From an uncultured Mageeibacillus sp. (GTDB lineage: Bacteria > Bacillota > Clostridia > Saccharofermentanales > UBA5734): 64,000 nucleotides of DNA. The stretch's first letter is position 1, and each line of letters opens with the position of its first letter. The position numbers were made by a program, and so were the translations under genes. The DNA is taken from positions 1,024 to 65,023 of the forward strand of contig CAZGSR010000008.1 in the NCBI GenBank assembly GCA_964528645.1, in the 5' to 3' direction. A model generated the notes under the pieces. The model saw only the letters and a program-made list of their open reading frames with translations, was not told the origin of the DNA and did no database searches. Below are positions 37,655 to 47,259 of this stretch, one piece after another.

Positions 37655-38599
37655 ATGCGCAATCCAGCCTATCTCCAGTATCGAGGACACAACAAGCGCT
37701 ATTTTGAAGGCTGGTATTTCAAGTGCATCAGCCAAGACCGGCAACATGCGATCGCCTTGATCCCTGGCATGGCGATTGATCCTGATGGCCAGCGCCACGC
37801 CTTCATCCAGGTGATCAATGCCGAGTCCGGCCAGACCTGGTATTTTGATTATCCCTTCGAGTCCTTCCTTGCTGCTCGCGACCAACTGCACATCCAGGTC
37901 GACAAGAACCGGTTCCACGGGCGAGGTCTGACACTGGACATCCAGCATCCCAAGGGCAGGGTTGCCGGCCAGCTTCGATTTTCCCAGATCCGGGAATTTC
38001 CAGTCAGCTGGCATACGCCAAGCATCATGGGGCCGTTCCAGTTTGTCCCAACAATGGAGTGCTACCATGCGGTGATTCATCTGTCCCATCGGATCGACGG
38101 CCAGATCGTCATCAATGGCCAGATCTTTGATTTTGATGGCGGTGCCGGATATCTGGAAAAGGACTATGGCCGGTCTTTCCCCCAGACTTACGTCTGGCTT
38201 CAGGCCAGCCATTTTGATAATCGTGATGCGTCTTTTGTCTTCTCGCGTGCCCGCATTCCCTGGCTGGGGCGGGAATTCCCAGGATTTTTTGCCTATTTCA
38301 CGGATTTCCAGGGACAGCCCGCCCGATTTGCCACTTACAACCGTTCGAAATTATTGGACTGGCAGGTCGATGCCAAAGCCGGAACCTGTTCCGGAGTTCT
38401 GCGAGGTCCTGCAGGCCTGCTGAAATTTTCAGCTCAGATGGTGGGGGGCGGGACCTTGCGAGCACCTGTCGATGGCTCGATGCACCGTGAAATCATCGAA
38501 AGCATCCGGGCCACGGTCCTGGTGGAACTGACTGACCACTCTGGCAAACGCATCTATGCGGACAGGAGTACCGAGGCGGGCATGGAAATCTGCCTGTGA
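37655..38599 (+). CDS. Tocopherol-cyclase-family protein
   Basis: YFEGWYFK and GYLEKDYGRSFP...WLQ motifs. Confidence 0.8.
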   Translation: MRNPAYLQYRGHNKRYFEGWYFKCISQDRQHAIALIPGMAIDPDGQRHAFIQVINAESGQTWYFDYPFESFLAARDQLHIQVDKNRFHGRGLTLDIQHPKGRVAGQLRFSQIREFPVSWHTPSIMGPFQFVPTMECYHAVIHLSHRIDGQIVINGQIFDFDGGAGYLEKDYGRSFPQTYVWLQASHFDNRDASFVFSRARIPWLGREFPGFFAYFTDFQGQPARFATYNRSKLLDWQVDAKAGTCSGVLRGPAGLLKFSAQMVGGGTLRAPVDGSMHREIIESIRATVLVELTDHSGKRIYADRSTEAGMEICL

Positions 38600-38615
38600 A
38601 AAGCCAGCACGAGTT

Positions 38616-38665
38616 ATTGACATTTGCTCATTACTGCTCCATACTAATTATGGGCATTAGCTCAT
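38616..38665 (+). promoter_or_regulatory. Promoter with two ATGAGCA-N2-TGCTCAT-like operators
   Basis: TTGACA-17-CATACT; ATTGACA-TT-TGCTCAT overlaps the -35 and ATGGGCA-TT-AGCTCAT overlaps the +1. Confidence 0.55.
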
Positions 38666-38781
38666 TAAAATCAAATCACCCGGCTCGCACTGCCTGCCGG
38701 GCAAGGCCAACCGCCTAGCGAGATGGCCATGGGAATGACTTCACAGACCGAACGTCAGTTTCCCCGAAAGGAGTTTTAGAA

Positions 38782-39066
38782 ATGCCAGCAAGAGATGGAA
38801 GTGGACCGATGGGCATGGGTGCCCGGACAGGACGTGGTTTTGGCCCGTGTGGCGGATCTGCCACACAGCCATTTTACGGATATGGCTACGGCTGCGGCTA
38901 TGGTCGCGGGCGTGGATTTCGCCGGATGAGAGCACCCTATCCGTATGCACCCGCCGATTTTGATCCCAACGCAGGGAAAACCGTGCTGCAAGATCAAGTC
39001 AAGCTGTTGGAACAAGAGCTGGAGAACATGAAAGCCCAGCTCAAGAAGTATGAGGAACAAGCCTGA
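38782..39066 (+). CDS. DUF5320-like small Gly/Arg-rich protein
   Basis: MPARDGSGPMGMGARTGRGFGPC N-terminus and a coiled-coil C-terminus. Confidence 0.75.
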   Translation: MPARDGSGPMGMGARTGRGFGPCGGSATQPFYGYGYGCGYGRGRGFRRMRAPYPYAPADFDPNAGKTVLQDQVKLLEQELENMKAQLKKYEEQA

Positions 39067-39095
39067 TTGCCCTGCAATCAGCTTTGAGGAACACA

Positions 39096-39587
39096 ATGAG
39101 TAAGAAATTGGCCAATTTCAAATCCTGCCTCCAGCCTGCTCCCAAAGTCCTTGTCTCCTGCCGCAACAACCAGGGCGAAAACAATGCCCTGGCTGTTGCT
39201 TATTGCTGCAATTGCAGCTTCGACCCTCCGATGATTATGGTGGGTATCGTGCCCTCCCGGTATTCCTACCAGATGATCAAAGAATCCGGTAGCTTTGTTG
39301 TCAATTTACCAGGCAAAGACAATGCCGGGCTCTTCGATTATCTGGGCCACACAAGTAAACGGGATGAAGATAAGCTCACCGTGATCGGGGCAGCCTTGAG
39401 TGAAGCGGTGACCATCAACGCGCCGTTGCTCTCGGACTGTCCGGTCAACATCGAATGTGAGATTGTCGATTCCATCCGGACGGGGTCCCACGAAATGTTT
39501 GTCGGCAAGATCCTCCATGTCCATGCCGAGGAATCCATCGTAGCCCCAGATGGCAGCATCGATTTCGCAGCCGCCAACTTGCTGTAA
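39096..39587 (+). CDS. Flavin reductase-like FMN-binding protein
   Basis: RYSYQMIKESGSFVVN, CPVNIECE, GSHEMFVG. Confidence 0.88.
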   Translation: MSKKLANFKSCLQPAPKVLVSCRNNQGENNALAVAYCCNCSFDPPMIMVGIVPSRYSYQMIKESGSFVVNLPGKDNAGLFDYLGHTSKRDEDKLTVIGAALSEAVTINAPLLSDCPVNIECEIVDSIRTGSHEMFVGKILHVHAEESIVAPDGSIDFAAANLL

Positions 39588-39760
39588 CTGCAGCTAACTC
39601 CATCCAAGCATCTGATAATCCTCTTGCAGCCGGTTGTTCCCCCCCGGAAGCAAGCGTTTTGAAAAGAGGGGCCGGCCTGGTTGCCGGCTTTTCTTTTTGT
39701 TCTTGTCAGACCTCAAGTACCCCAGACGAACCAGGGAAATGACACTCAGAATCACATATC

Positions 39761-39802
39761 GTAGCCATGGATACTTACAAATAACCGGCATACGTCTATA
39801 AT
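39761..39802 (+). promoter_or_regulatory. Crp/Fnr (HcpR-type) class II site plus promoter
   Basis: GTAGC-catg-GATAC centred at -41.5 relative to the +1 predicted from TATAAT (39797-39802). Confidence 0.55.
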
Positions 39803-39852
39803 CCAACTGTTCAATCGACCAGTCGCCCTTGAAGGTTCCGTGAGGCTCCCTG

Positions 39853-41568
39853 ATGAAAACATTCTCTGTCAACGAAAAGTGCATTGGTTGCATGGCTTGC
39901 CAGCGCGTGGCACCTGCAACATTTGAAATCAAGAACCGTAAAGCAGTCGTCATCCACCAGCCTGTAACAGACGAAGAAAACACCCTGGCTGAGCAAGCAC
40001 TAGCCGCCTGTCCGACCCAGGCCATTGAAGCAGCGGCCAACCAGGTCATCCTTTCAACCGACAACGTCCGCGCAACTCTGGAGCGCTACCCATTTCTGAA
40101 AACTGATTTACTGGAACTGTCCGGCAAATTCAAGACCATGCAAAATCCGGTGCTTTGGAACTCCCTGGCCCGGCATGCCACCTTTGAGCACGCAGCCAAG
40201 ATGACCGGGGTGTCGATTTGTGAAATCCTCCATTTCATCAACAAAAAACTGGGGCTCGAACAGGCGCTGATCCAGGCTTTCCCCAACTGTGTCCAATCCA
40301 CATCCGCCCAGTTGGAACCAGTCGAAGACAAGCTGACGGTTGCCGAAGCTGCTGCTTTGCAGAAAGAATTGCAGAAATACGGCCAGGAGACGGCAACAAG
40401 GGTGTCTGGCCAACTGGCCGAGGGCGAAGAACAGGTGCTTGACGTCCGCCAGATGACCACAGATCCGTTCGATGAAATCATCAAAGTGGCCTACTCCGTC
40501 CCACTCCAGGGCAGTTTCATTCTTGTCCAGCGCTTCAAACCCGAACCTCTGATCAACATGTTGTCATCGATGGGATTTTCCCACCAGGTCTTGTCCGATG
40601 ACTTGGGGGAGGCCAGGATTCGCTTCACCAAAACCGAGGCCGATGCCGCATCTTCCAGCGAAGGCGACCTGCCTGCCTTGACCATCCAGTCGGCCACACC
40701 AGTCGGTTATCCGATCATCATGCGGCTGCTCCAGTCCAAGCGGCTGCGCGAGAAAATCCGCATCAAGGAACTCAAAGTCTGGGACGAAACCGAGAAGCAT
40801 CTGGGCTGGATCGTCAACAAACGGGCTGACATCAGTTTTTCGGCGGTCATCACGGCAACCAAATTCAAAGCCATGGGCGTCCGGATGCCTGCCGTCTTTG
40901 TCTGGGACAATTTTGTCCTGCTGACGCGCCAGGCGAATGCCAGTTCTTTAAAGGACCTCAAGGGTCAGACCATCCACATGCCATTGTTCGAGGATGCCCC
41001 TCCGGCCAAGATCACCCGCTACCTGCTCGAATCCGAAGGCCTTGACATGGCCGACTTCAATTTCGTTTACGGCGAACCTTTCGGCCGGCCAAAGGAAATC
41101 ATGCTGGCGTTTTTAAAAGGCCAGGCTCAGCATGTCCTGCTGCGCGAACCTGAAGCATCTTTTACCATTGCGGTTGCCGAAAAGAACAAAATGGCTTACA
41201 GTGAAATCAGCTACAGTCGATTGTTCAACCAGGCGAACCCCGGTTTTGGCAAATTCCCGAATGCCGGGGTGATTGTCAAAGAGGAACTTTATGAGAAGTA
41301 TCCGGAGGTCATGGCTGTGTTCACCGAAGAGCTCCAGGCTGCCATCAGCTGGGTCAAAGAACATCCGCACGAGGCAGCAGCCCTCTCCTATGACATGATG
41401 CGCACAGCGCCCGACCCTGTCGAACGATTCATCAACCGTGTCCATTTTGAATACCAGTCTGGCGAACCCCTCGTTGCCAAGATGCGTGATTTCTACACGA
41501 TCCTGCACGATCATGGGATCCTTCCAGTCGAGGTCGACGAGCCCCTGCTCCATCTGTTCCGCAGTTAA
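39853..41568 (+). CDS. Fusion protein: ferredoxin + DUF1858-like + DUF2249-like + NMT1/TauA-type substrate-binding domain
   Basis: CIGCMAC...ACPTQA; TDNVRATLERYP...ARHATFEHAAKM; LDVRQM..DPF...RFKPEPLINML; SBP-like C-terminal half; no signal peptide. Confidence 0.7.
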   Translation: MKTFSVNEKCIGCMACQRVAPATFEIKNRKAVVIHQPVTDEENTLAEQALAACPTQAIEAAANQVILSTDNVRATLERYPFLKTDLLELSGKFKTMQNPVLWNSLARHATFEHAAKMTGVSICEILHFINKKLGLEQALIQAFPNCVQSTSAQLEPVEDKLTVAEAAALQKELQKYGQETATRVSGQLAEGEEQVLDVRQMTTDPFDEIIKVAYSVPLQGSFILVQRFKPEPLINMLSSMGFSHQVLSDDLGEARIRFTKTEADAASSSEGDLPALTIQSATPVGYPIIMRLLQSKRLREKIRIKELKVWDETEKHLGWIVNKRADISFSAVITATKFKAMGVRMPAVFVWDNFVLLTRQANASSLKDLKGQTIHMPLFEDAPPAKITRYLLESEGLDMADFNFVYGEPFGRPKEIMLAFLKGQAQHVLLREPEASFTIAVAEKNKMAYSEISYSRLFNQANPGFGKFPNAGVIVKEELYEKYPEVMAVFTEELQAAISWVKEHPHEAAALSYDMMRTAPDPVERFINRVHFEYQSGEPLVAKMRDFYTILHDHGILPVEVDEPLLHLFRS

Positions 41569-41630
41569 TCTCCAGTCAGGAGACTAACCCATAACGTCCA
41601 ACTGTCCCATCAGAAAGAGAGGTATGTACC

Positions 41631-43259
41631 ATGAGTATGTTCTGCTACCAATGTCAGGAAGCAGCCAAAAACACCGGATGCACCGTCATGGGTGTCTGTG
41701 GCAAGAACGAGACCGTCGCCAATCTGGAAGACCTTCTGATCTACGCCTGCAAAGGTGTGGCCGAAGTCGTCACCAAAGGCAAAATCGCTACCGAAACCAT
41801 TCCAGCTGTCAATTACGAAGTGATCAACAGCCTGTTCATGACCATCACCAATGCCAATTTCGATGATGCTGCGATTGAAAATCAGATCAAGAAGGTCTTG
41901 GGGCTGCGCGATGAGCTGGCTGCCAAAGTATCTGCCAGCTGGGGTGATGCTGCCACTTTCAAAGTTGGCGCCAGAGAAGACATGCTGGCCAAGGCTGCCA
42001 AAGTCGGCGTCCTGGCCACGGAGAATGAGGATGTCCGTTCACTGCGCGAGCTGGTCATCTACGGACTCAAGGGCATGGCTGCCTACACCGAGCATGCTTA
42101 CAATCTGGGCAAGGAAAACCAAGCCATTTACGCCTTTATCTATGAGGCGTTGGCGTCCACACTGGATGACAGCCTGACAGCTGACCAGCTGGTCGCCCTG
42201 ACCTTGAAAACCGGTGAATTTGGCGTCGCTGCCATGGCCCTGCTCGATGAAGCCAACACCAGCAAATACGGCAACCCGGAAATCACCGAAGTCAACATCG
42301 GTGTCAGAGGCAATCCCGCCATCCTGATCTCCGGCCATGACCTCAAGGACATGGAGCAGCTACTGGAGCAGACCCAGGGCACAGGCGTCGACGTCTACAC
42401 CCACAGCGAAATGCTGCCAGCCAACTATTATCCGGCTTTCAAGAAATACGAAAACTTTGTCGGCAACTATGGCAACGCCTGGTGGAAACAACTCGAAGAG
42501 TTCAAGACCTTCAATGGCCCGATCCTCTTCACCACCAACTGCATCGTGCCGCCGAAATCCGAAGAAATCCGCCAGCGCATTTTCACCACCGGCGCCGCTG
42601 GCTTCCCGGGCTGCACCCACATCGTTGCTGACGCCAATGGCAAAAAAGACTTCTCCGCCATCATCGAAATGGCCAAGAAGCTGCCGGCCCCGACCGAAAT
42701 CGAAAACGGCAAGATCGTCGGTGGTTTCGCCCACGCCCAGGTCATGGCTTTGGCTGACAAGGTCGTCGATGCTGTCAAATCTGGTGCAATCAAGAAATTC
42801 TTCGTCATGGCTGGCTGTGATGGCCGCATGAAATCACGCGAATACTACACCGATTTTGCCAACGCCCTGCCCAAGGATACGGTCATCCTGACTGCTGGTT
42901 GTGCCAAATACCGCTACAACAAGCTGCCGCTGGGCGACATCGGTGGCATCCCGCGCGTCCTCGACGCTGGCCAGTGCAACGACTCCTATTCGCTGGCAGT
43001 CATCGCCTTGAAACTCAAGGAAGTCTTTGGCCTCGATGATGTCAATGAGCTGCCGATCGCCTACAACATCGCCTGGTACGAACAGAAAGCCGTCATTGTC
43101 TTGCTCGCCCTGCTCTTCCTCGGCGTCAAGAAAATCCACCTTGGACCGACCCTGCCGGCCTTCCTCTCACCCAATGTCGCCAAAGTCCTGGTTGAAAACT
43201 TCGGCATCGCCGGCATCGGTACCGTCGAAGACGACATCGAGCTCTTCATGAACGCCTGA
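41631..43259 (+). CDS. hcp: Hybrid cluster protein (hydroxylamine reductase)
   Basis: MFCYQCQE...[35 protein letters not shown]. Confidence 0.97.
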   Translation: MSMFCYQCQEAAKNTGCTVMGVCGKNETVANLEDLLIYACKGVAEVVTKGKIATETIPAVNYEVINSLFMTITNANFDDAAIENQIKKVLGLRDELAAKVSASWGDAATFKVGAREDMLAKAAKVGVLATENEDVRSLRELVIYGLKGMAAYTEHAYNLGKENQAIYAFIYEALASTLDDSLTADQLVALTLKTGEFGVAAMALLDEANTSKYGNPEITEVNIGVRGNPAILISGHDLKDMEQLLEQTQGTGVDVYTHSEMLPANYYPAFKKYENFVGNYGNAWWKQLEEFKTFNGPILFTTNCIVPPKSEEIRQRIFTTGAAGFPGCTHIVADANGKKDFSAIIEMAKKLPAPTEIENGKIVGGFAHAQVMALADKVVDAVKSGAIKKFFVMAGCDGRMKSREYYTDFANALPKDTVILTAGCAKYRYNKLPLGDIGGIPRVLDAGQCNDSYSLAVIALKLKEVFGLDDVNELPIAYNIAWYEQKAVIVLLALLFLGVKKIHLGPTLPAFLSPNVAKVLVENFGIAGIGTVEDDIELFMNA

Positions 43260-43292
43260 TCGGCTCATTCTGATCATCGATCACACATTCAA

Positions 43293-43325
43293 GGCGGCTC
43301 TGCTGGCAAGCAGGGCCGTCTTTTT
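43293..43325 (+). terminator. hcp terminator
   Basis: GGCGGCTCTGCT-ggca-AGCAGGGCCGTC followed by TTTTT. Confidence 0.7.
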
Positions 43326-43472
43326 GCGCGCCCGGTTTTGTAGTGCTGTTTACGCTCATTTCCAATCTGTGGTATAAAAATGGGAGAACTGCTGGCCGAT
43401 CTTGACCAGCACTTTCTTTATCCCCGCAAGACTCAGCCTTTTCCCGGAAAAATTTTCATCGAAGGAGCTAGT

Positions 43473-45041
43473 ATGGAAGGCGGAAGTGTGCAAATCTTGG
43501 TCGCGATGCTCGCATACATGGCGGTCGTCATTGGTATCGGCATCTATTATGCCAAGCGGGCCAGTGAGAGCTCGGACAATTTCATCATTGGAGGGCGCTC
43601 AATCGGCCCCTGGGTCACAGCCATGGGGGCAGAGGCATCTGACATGAGTGGCTGGCTCCTGATGGGTCTGCCCGGCGTCGCTTATTTCTATGGCCTGAGC
43701 GATGCCTTCTGGACCGCTCTGGGCCTTCTGATCGGTACTTATCTCAACTGGCTTTTTGTCGCCAAGCGGATCCGACATTTCTCGGAAATCGCCGGTGACT
43801 CGATCACAATCCCGGACTTTTTCTCCAACCGGTTCCATGAGAAAAAGAAAGTCATCCTGACCATCGCCGCCCTGTTCATCCTGATCTTTTTTACCGTCTA
43901 TGCTGCCAGCTGCTTTGTGACGGTCGGCAAGCTGTTCAGCACCCTGTTTGGCCTGAAGTACCAGTACATGATGGTCGCCGGAGCGCTGTTCGTCATTGCC
44001 TATACATTCATCGGTGGTTTTCTGGCTGAAAGTGCCTCCGATTTCATGCAGGGCATCGTCATGATCATCGCCCTGACCATGGCGCTGGTTGTGGGTGTTT
44101 TCCAGGCCGGTGGCATCGACACGATCGTCGAGAACGCCCGCCAGATCCCCGGCTTCCTCGACTTTTTCGGCATGGCCAGCCCGACGCTCGGCGCAGACGG
44201 CAAACAGCTGGTCGAGGCCGGCAAACCGGTCTTTGGAGCACCTGCCCCCTACGGCTGGCTGGTGATCGTCTCCACCATGTCCTGGGGCCTGGGCTATTTC
44301 GGCATGCCACAAGTTCTCCTGAAATTCATGGGCATCCGCAACCCGCGCGAATTGAAATTGTCCCGCCGCATTGCCACCATCTGGGTCATCATCTCCATGG
44401 GTGCGGCCCTTCTCATCGGTCTGGTTGGACGTGTTCTTTTCCCTGCCAACCTGCTTACCCACGGCGAAGCTGAGAACATTTTCATCCTGACATCGACCAC
44501 CTACTTCATTCCGCTCTTTGCCGGTCTCGTCATGGCTGGTATTCTCGCGGCTACAATCAGCTCCTCGGACTCCTACCTGCTGATCTCCGCCACAGCCTTT
44601 TCGAAAAACATCTACCAGGGTATCCTGAAAAAGGAAGCCTCCGATCGCGCGATTCTTGTTGCTACCCGGGCGACGCTGGTTGTGATTTCCATCCTCGCCA
44701 TGATCATTGCCCTCGATGAGAACAGCGTCATCTTCAAAGTCGTTTCTTTCGCCTGGGCAGGCTTTGGTGCGACCTTCGGACCGTTGATGCTCTTCTCCCT
44801 GTTCTGGAAGCGGACCACCCGGGCTGGCGCGATCGCCGGCATGCTGGCTGGCGGCGGCATGGTCTTTGTCTGGAAATTGCTGGTCCGCCCTCTCGGTGGC
44901 GCTTTCAACATCTATGAACTGCTCCCCGCTTTTGTTGCATCCACCCTGGCCATCGTCATTGTATCGCTGCTGACCAAGCTGCCGGAACAGTCGGTGCTGG
45001 ACCAGTTTGAACACGCCCGCCGCATCCACGACGAAGATTGA
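43473..45041 (+). CDS. putP: Sodium/proline (SSS-family) symporter
   Basis: AEASDMSGWLLMGLPG, LGYFGMPQVL, WAGFGATFGP. Confidence 0.88.
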   Translation: MEGGSVQILVAMLAYMAVVIGIGIYYAKRASESSDNFIIGGRSIGPWVTAMGAEASDMSGWLLMGLPGVAYFYGLSDAFWTALGLLIGTYLNWLFVAKRIRHFSEIAGDSITIPDFFSNRFHEKKKVILTIAALFILIFFTVYAASCFVTVGKLFSTLFGLKYQYMMVAGALFVIAYTFIGGFLAESASDFMQGIVMIIALTMALVVGVFQAGGIDTIVENARQIPGFLDFFGMASPTLGADGKQLVEAGKPVFGAPAPYGWLVIVSTMSWGLGYFGMPQVLLKFMGIRNPRELKLSRRIATIWVIISMGAALLIGLVGRVLFPANLLTHGEAENIFILTSTTYFIPLFAGLVMAGILAATISSSDSYLLISATAFSKNIYQGILKKEASDRAILVATRATLVVISILAMIIALDENSVIFKVVSFAWAGFGATFGPLMLFSLFWKRTTRAGAIAGMLAGGGMVFVWKLLVRPLGGAFNIYELLPAFVASTLAIVIVSLLTKLPEQSVLDQFEHARRIHDED

Positions 45042-45058
45042 TCCCTGGTGGTAATGAC

Positions 45059-46333
45059 ATGATTTTAGCCCTCATTCTTTTTGTCCTGACCTATGTCCTG
45101 ATGATTTCCCTGCCCAAATACCGGGCCTATGTCGCCTTTGCTGCGGCCGTGGTTTTCGTGGTGCTTGGCATTCTGCCGATTGGCCAGGTGTTTTCCGCGA
45201 TCGACTGGAATGTCCTGATGATGATCGCCGGTACGATGGGGATCGTCAACATTTTCATTGAATCCCGCATGCCCTCGCGTCTGGCTGACCTGATCATCCG
45301 GGCTGTACCCAACATCAAATGGACAATCATCGCCCTATCGGTTTTTGCTGCGGTCATCTCAGCCTTTGTCGATAATGTGGCGACCGTCCTGATGGTGGCA
45401 CCGGTCGCTGTGACCATCGCTAAAAAGTTGAAAATCTCCCCTGTTCCCAGCGTTATCGCCATCGCGATTGCTTCTAATCTGGAGGGCGCTGCCACCCTGG
45501 TCGGTGACACGACTTCGATCCTTTTAGGCGGCTACGCCAACATGGATTTCCTGGATTTCTTCTGGATGGATGGCCGGCCTGGCCTGTTCTGGATCGTCCA
45601 GATCGGCCTGGTCGCAGCGACCGCCACCCTGCTGGTTGTTTTCCGGCAGTATCGCCAGACCATCGAATCGGGCGAACTGACGGTGGTTGAAGACTATGTG
45701 CCCACCTACCTGCTGCTAGGTACGGTCGTGCTCTTGATCTTGGCGTCATTCATCCCGGAAAAGCCGGCTATTACCAACGGCCTGATCTGCATGACTCTGC
45801 TGCTGGTTGGCCTGGTCTATGAAGTTGTGCGCCACAAGAAGCTCGCTTATCTGCAGCGCGCCCTGATGGAGATGGACTTCTTCACCATCCTCTTGCTGGC
45901 TTCCCTTTTCGTTGTCATCGCCGGGATCCAGGAAGCCGGGGTCATCGATGAGATCGCCAGGCTCTTCGTCAATCTGGGCGGCAACTCCGTTTTTATCATG
46001 TATTCGTTGCTCCTGTGGGCGTCCGTCCTATTCTCTGCGTTTATTGACAACATCCCCTACGTGGCCACCATGCTGCCCGTTGTGACCGGCATCGCGGCGG
46101 CCATGAACGTCGATCCGGCGGTGCTCTACTTCGGCCTTCTGTCCGGAGCAACTCTGGGCGGTAACCTGACGCCGATTGGTGCCTCGGCCAACATCATGGG
46201 CATCGGCATTTTGCGCAGAAACGGCCACGAGGTTAAAAATTCAGAATTCATGCGCATCAGCATTCCCTACACCGTTGCAGCCATCACAACAGCGTATCTG
46301 GTGCTTTGGCTGATCTGGGGCATCAAGGCCTGA
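45059..46333 (+). CDS. ArsB/NhaD/SLC13-type anion permease
   Basis: SAFVDNVATV, GDTTSI, SAFIDNIPYV, GGNLTPIGASAN. Confidence 0.85.
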   Translation: MILALILFVLTYVLMISLPKYRAYVAFAAAVVFVVLGILPIGQVFSAIDWNVLMMIAGTMGIVNIFIESRMPSRLADLIIRAVPNIKWTIIALSVFAAVISAFVDNVATVLMVAPVAVTIAKKLKISPVPSVIAIAIASNLEGAATLVGDTTSILLGGYANMDFLDFFWMDGRPGLFWIVQIGLVAATATLLVVFRQYRQTIESGELTVVEDYVPTYLLLGTVVLLILASFIPEKPAITNGLICMTLLLVGLVYEVVRHKKLAYLQRALMEMDFFTILLLASLFVVIAGIQEAGVIDEIARLFVNLGGNSVFIMYSLLLWASVLFSAFIDNIPYVATMLPVVTGIAAAMNVDPAVLYFGLLSGATLGGNLTPIGASANIMGIGILRRNGHEVKNSEFMRISIPYTVAAITTAYLVLWLIWGIKA

Positions 46334-46382
46334 CAGACAAATTGGGGCGGCGGTTTGCACCGCCGGAAATGGAGGTCTTGCA

Positions 46383-46994
46383 ATGGATAAGAGAACCATT
46401 ATCTGCATCAGCCGGGAATATGGCAGCGGCGGATCGGAAGTAGCAGCCAAGCTGGCGGAGAAGCTTGGTATTCCTTGCTATGACAAGGAGCTTGTGCAAC
46501 AGACAGCCGTTGATCTCGGTCTATCTGATGAACTGATCAAAAGCATCGATGAAAAGCCAGTCAGCTGGGCCTCCATGGGGTTCCCCCATGGCATCCGCAA
46601 TCCCTATCGCACCGAGTATGAGACTTTGTTTTACACTCTGAATGACCGGGTCTTCACCATCCAGGCCCAGACGATCCGCAAGATTGCCGAAAGAGGCTCT
46701 TGCGTCATTGTCGGACGTGCGGCTGACGACATCCTCAAGGATGATCCCGACCTGATCTCAGTCTTTGTCCACGCCCACCAGGATTTTAAAGTACAGCGCA
46801 CCTCAGCCCTCGAAAATACATCAGAAAAAGAAGCTGCCGATCGGATGCGCAAAATGGACCGCGATCGCGCCAAATACTACAACTACTACGCCCAGAAGCA
46901 TTGGGGCCAGTGCACCACCTACGACCTGTCGATCTCATCCTCCAAATTTGGCATCGAAGGTGCCGTAGAAATCATCTTGGAAGCCATCCGATAA
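46383..46994 (+). CDS. Cytidylate-kinase-like family protein
   Basis: ISREYGSGG, CVIVGRAAD, DRDRAKYYNYY. Confidence 0.88.
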   Translation: MDKRTIICISREYGSGGSEVAAKLAEKLGIPCYDKELVQQTAVDLGLSDELIKSIDEKPVSWASMGFPHGIRNPYRTEYETLFYTLNDRVFTIQAQTIRKIAERGSCVIVGRAADDILKDDPDLISVFVHAHQDFKVQRTSALENTSEKEAADRMRKMDRDRAKYYNYYAQKHWGQCTTYDLSISSSKFGIEGAVEIILEAIR

Positions 46995-47259
46995 TAATTT
47001 TGCCTAAAAAGGGACGGCGTCCCAAATCAGGCACCTGAACCGGGAGAGGCTGCCCTGAGCTGCTTTTGAGCTGATCGGGGCAGTTTTTTCAATGGACTGG
47101 TAAATTTTTTATCTGAGCTGGCATAAATTGCTCGGTTGGCGCAAGGCAGTGTTTTTAAACGTTTTCGAGCAATTTATGCAAGCCCCTTGTCAATTTCAAC
47201 ATTTTTTTGTGCAGACCTCCATGGCACGATGGTGATAACAAACGAAGGAGGTTTCCCCA

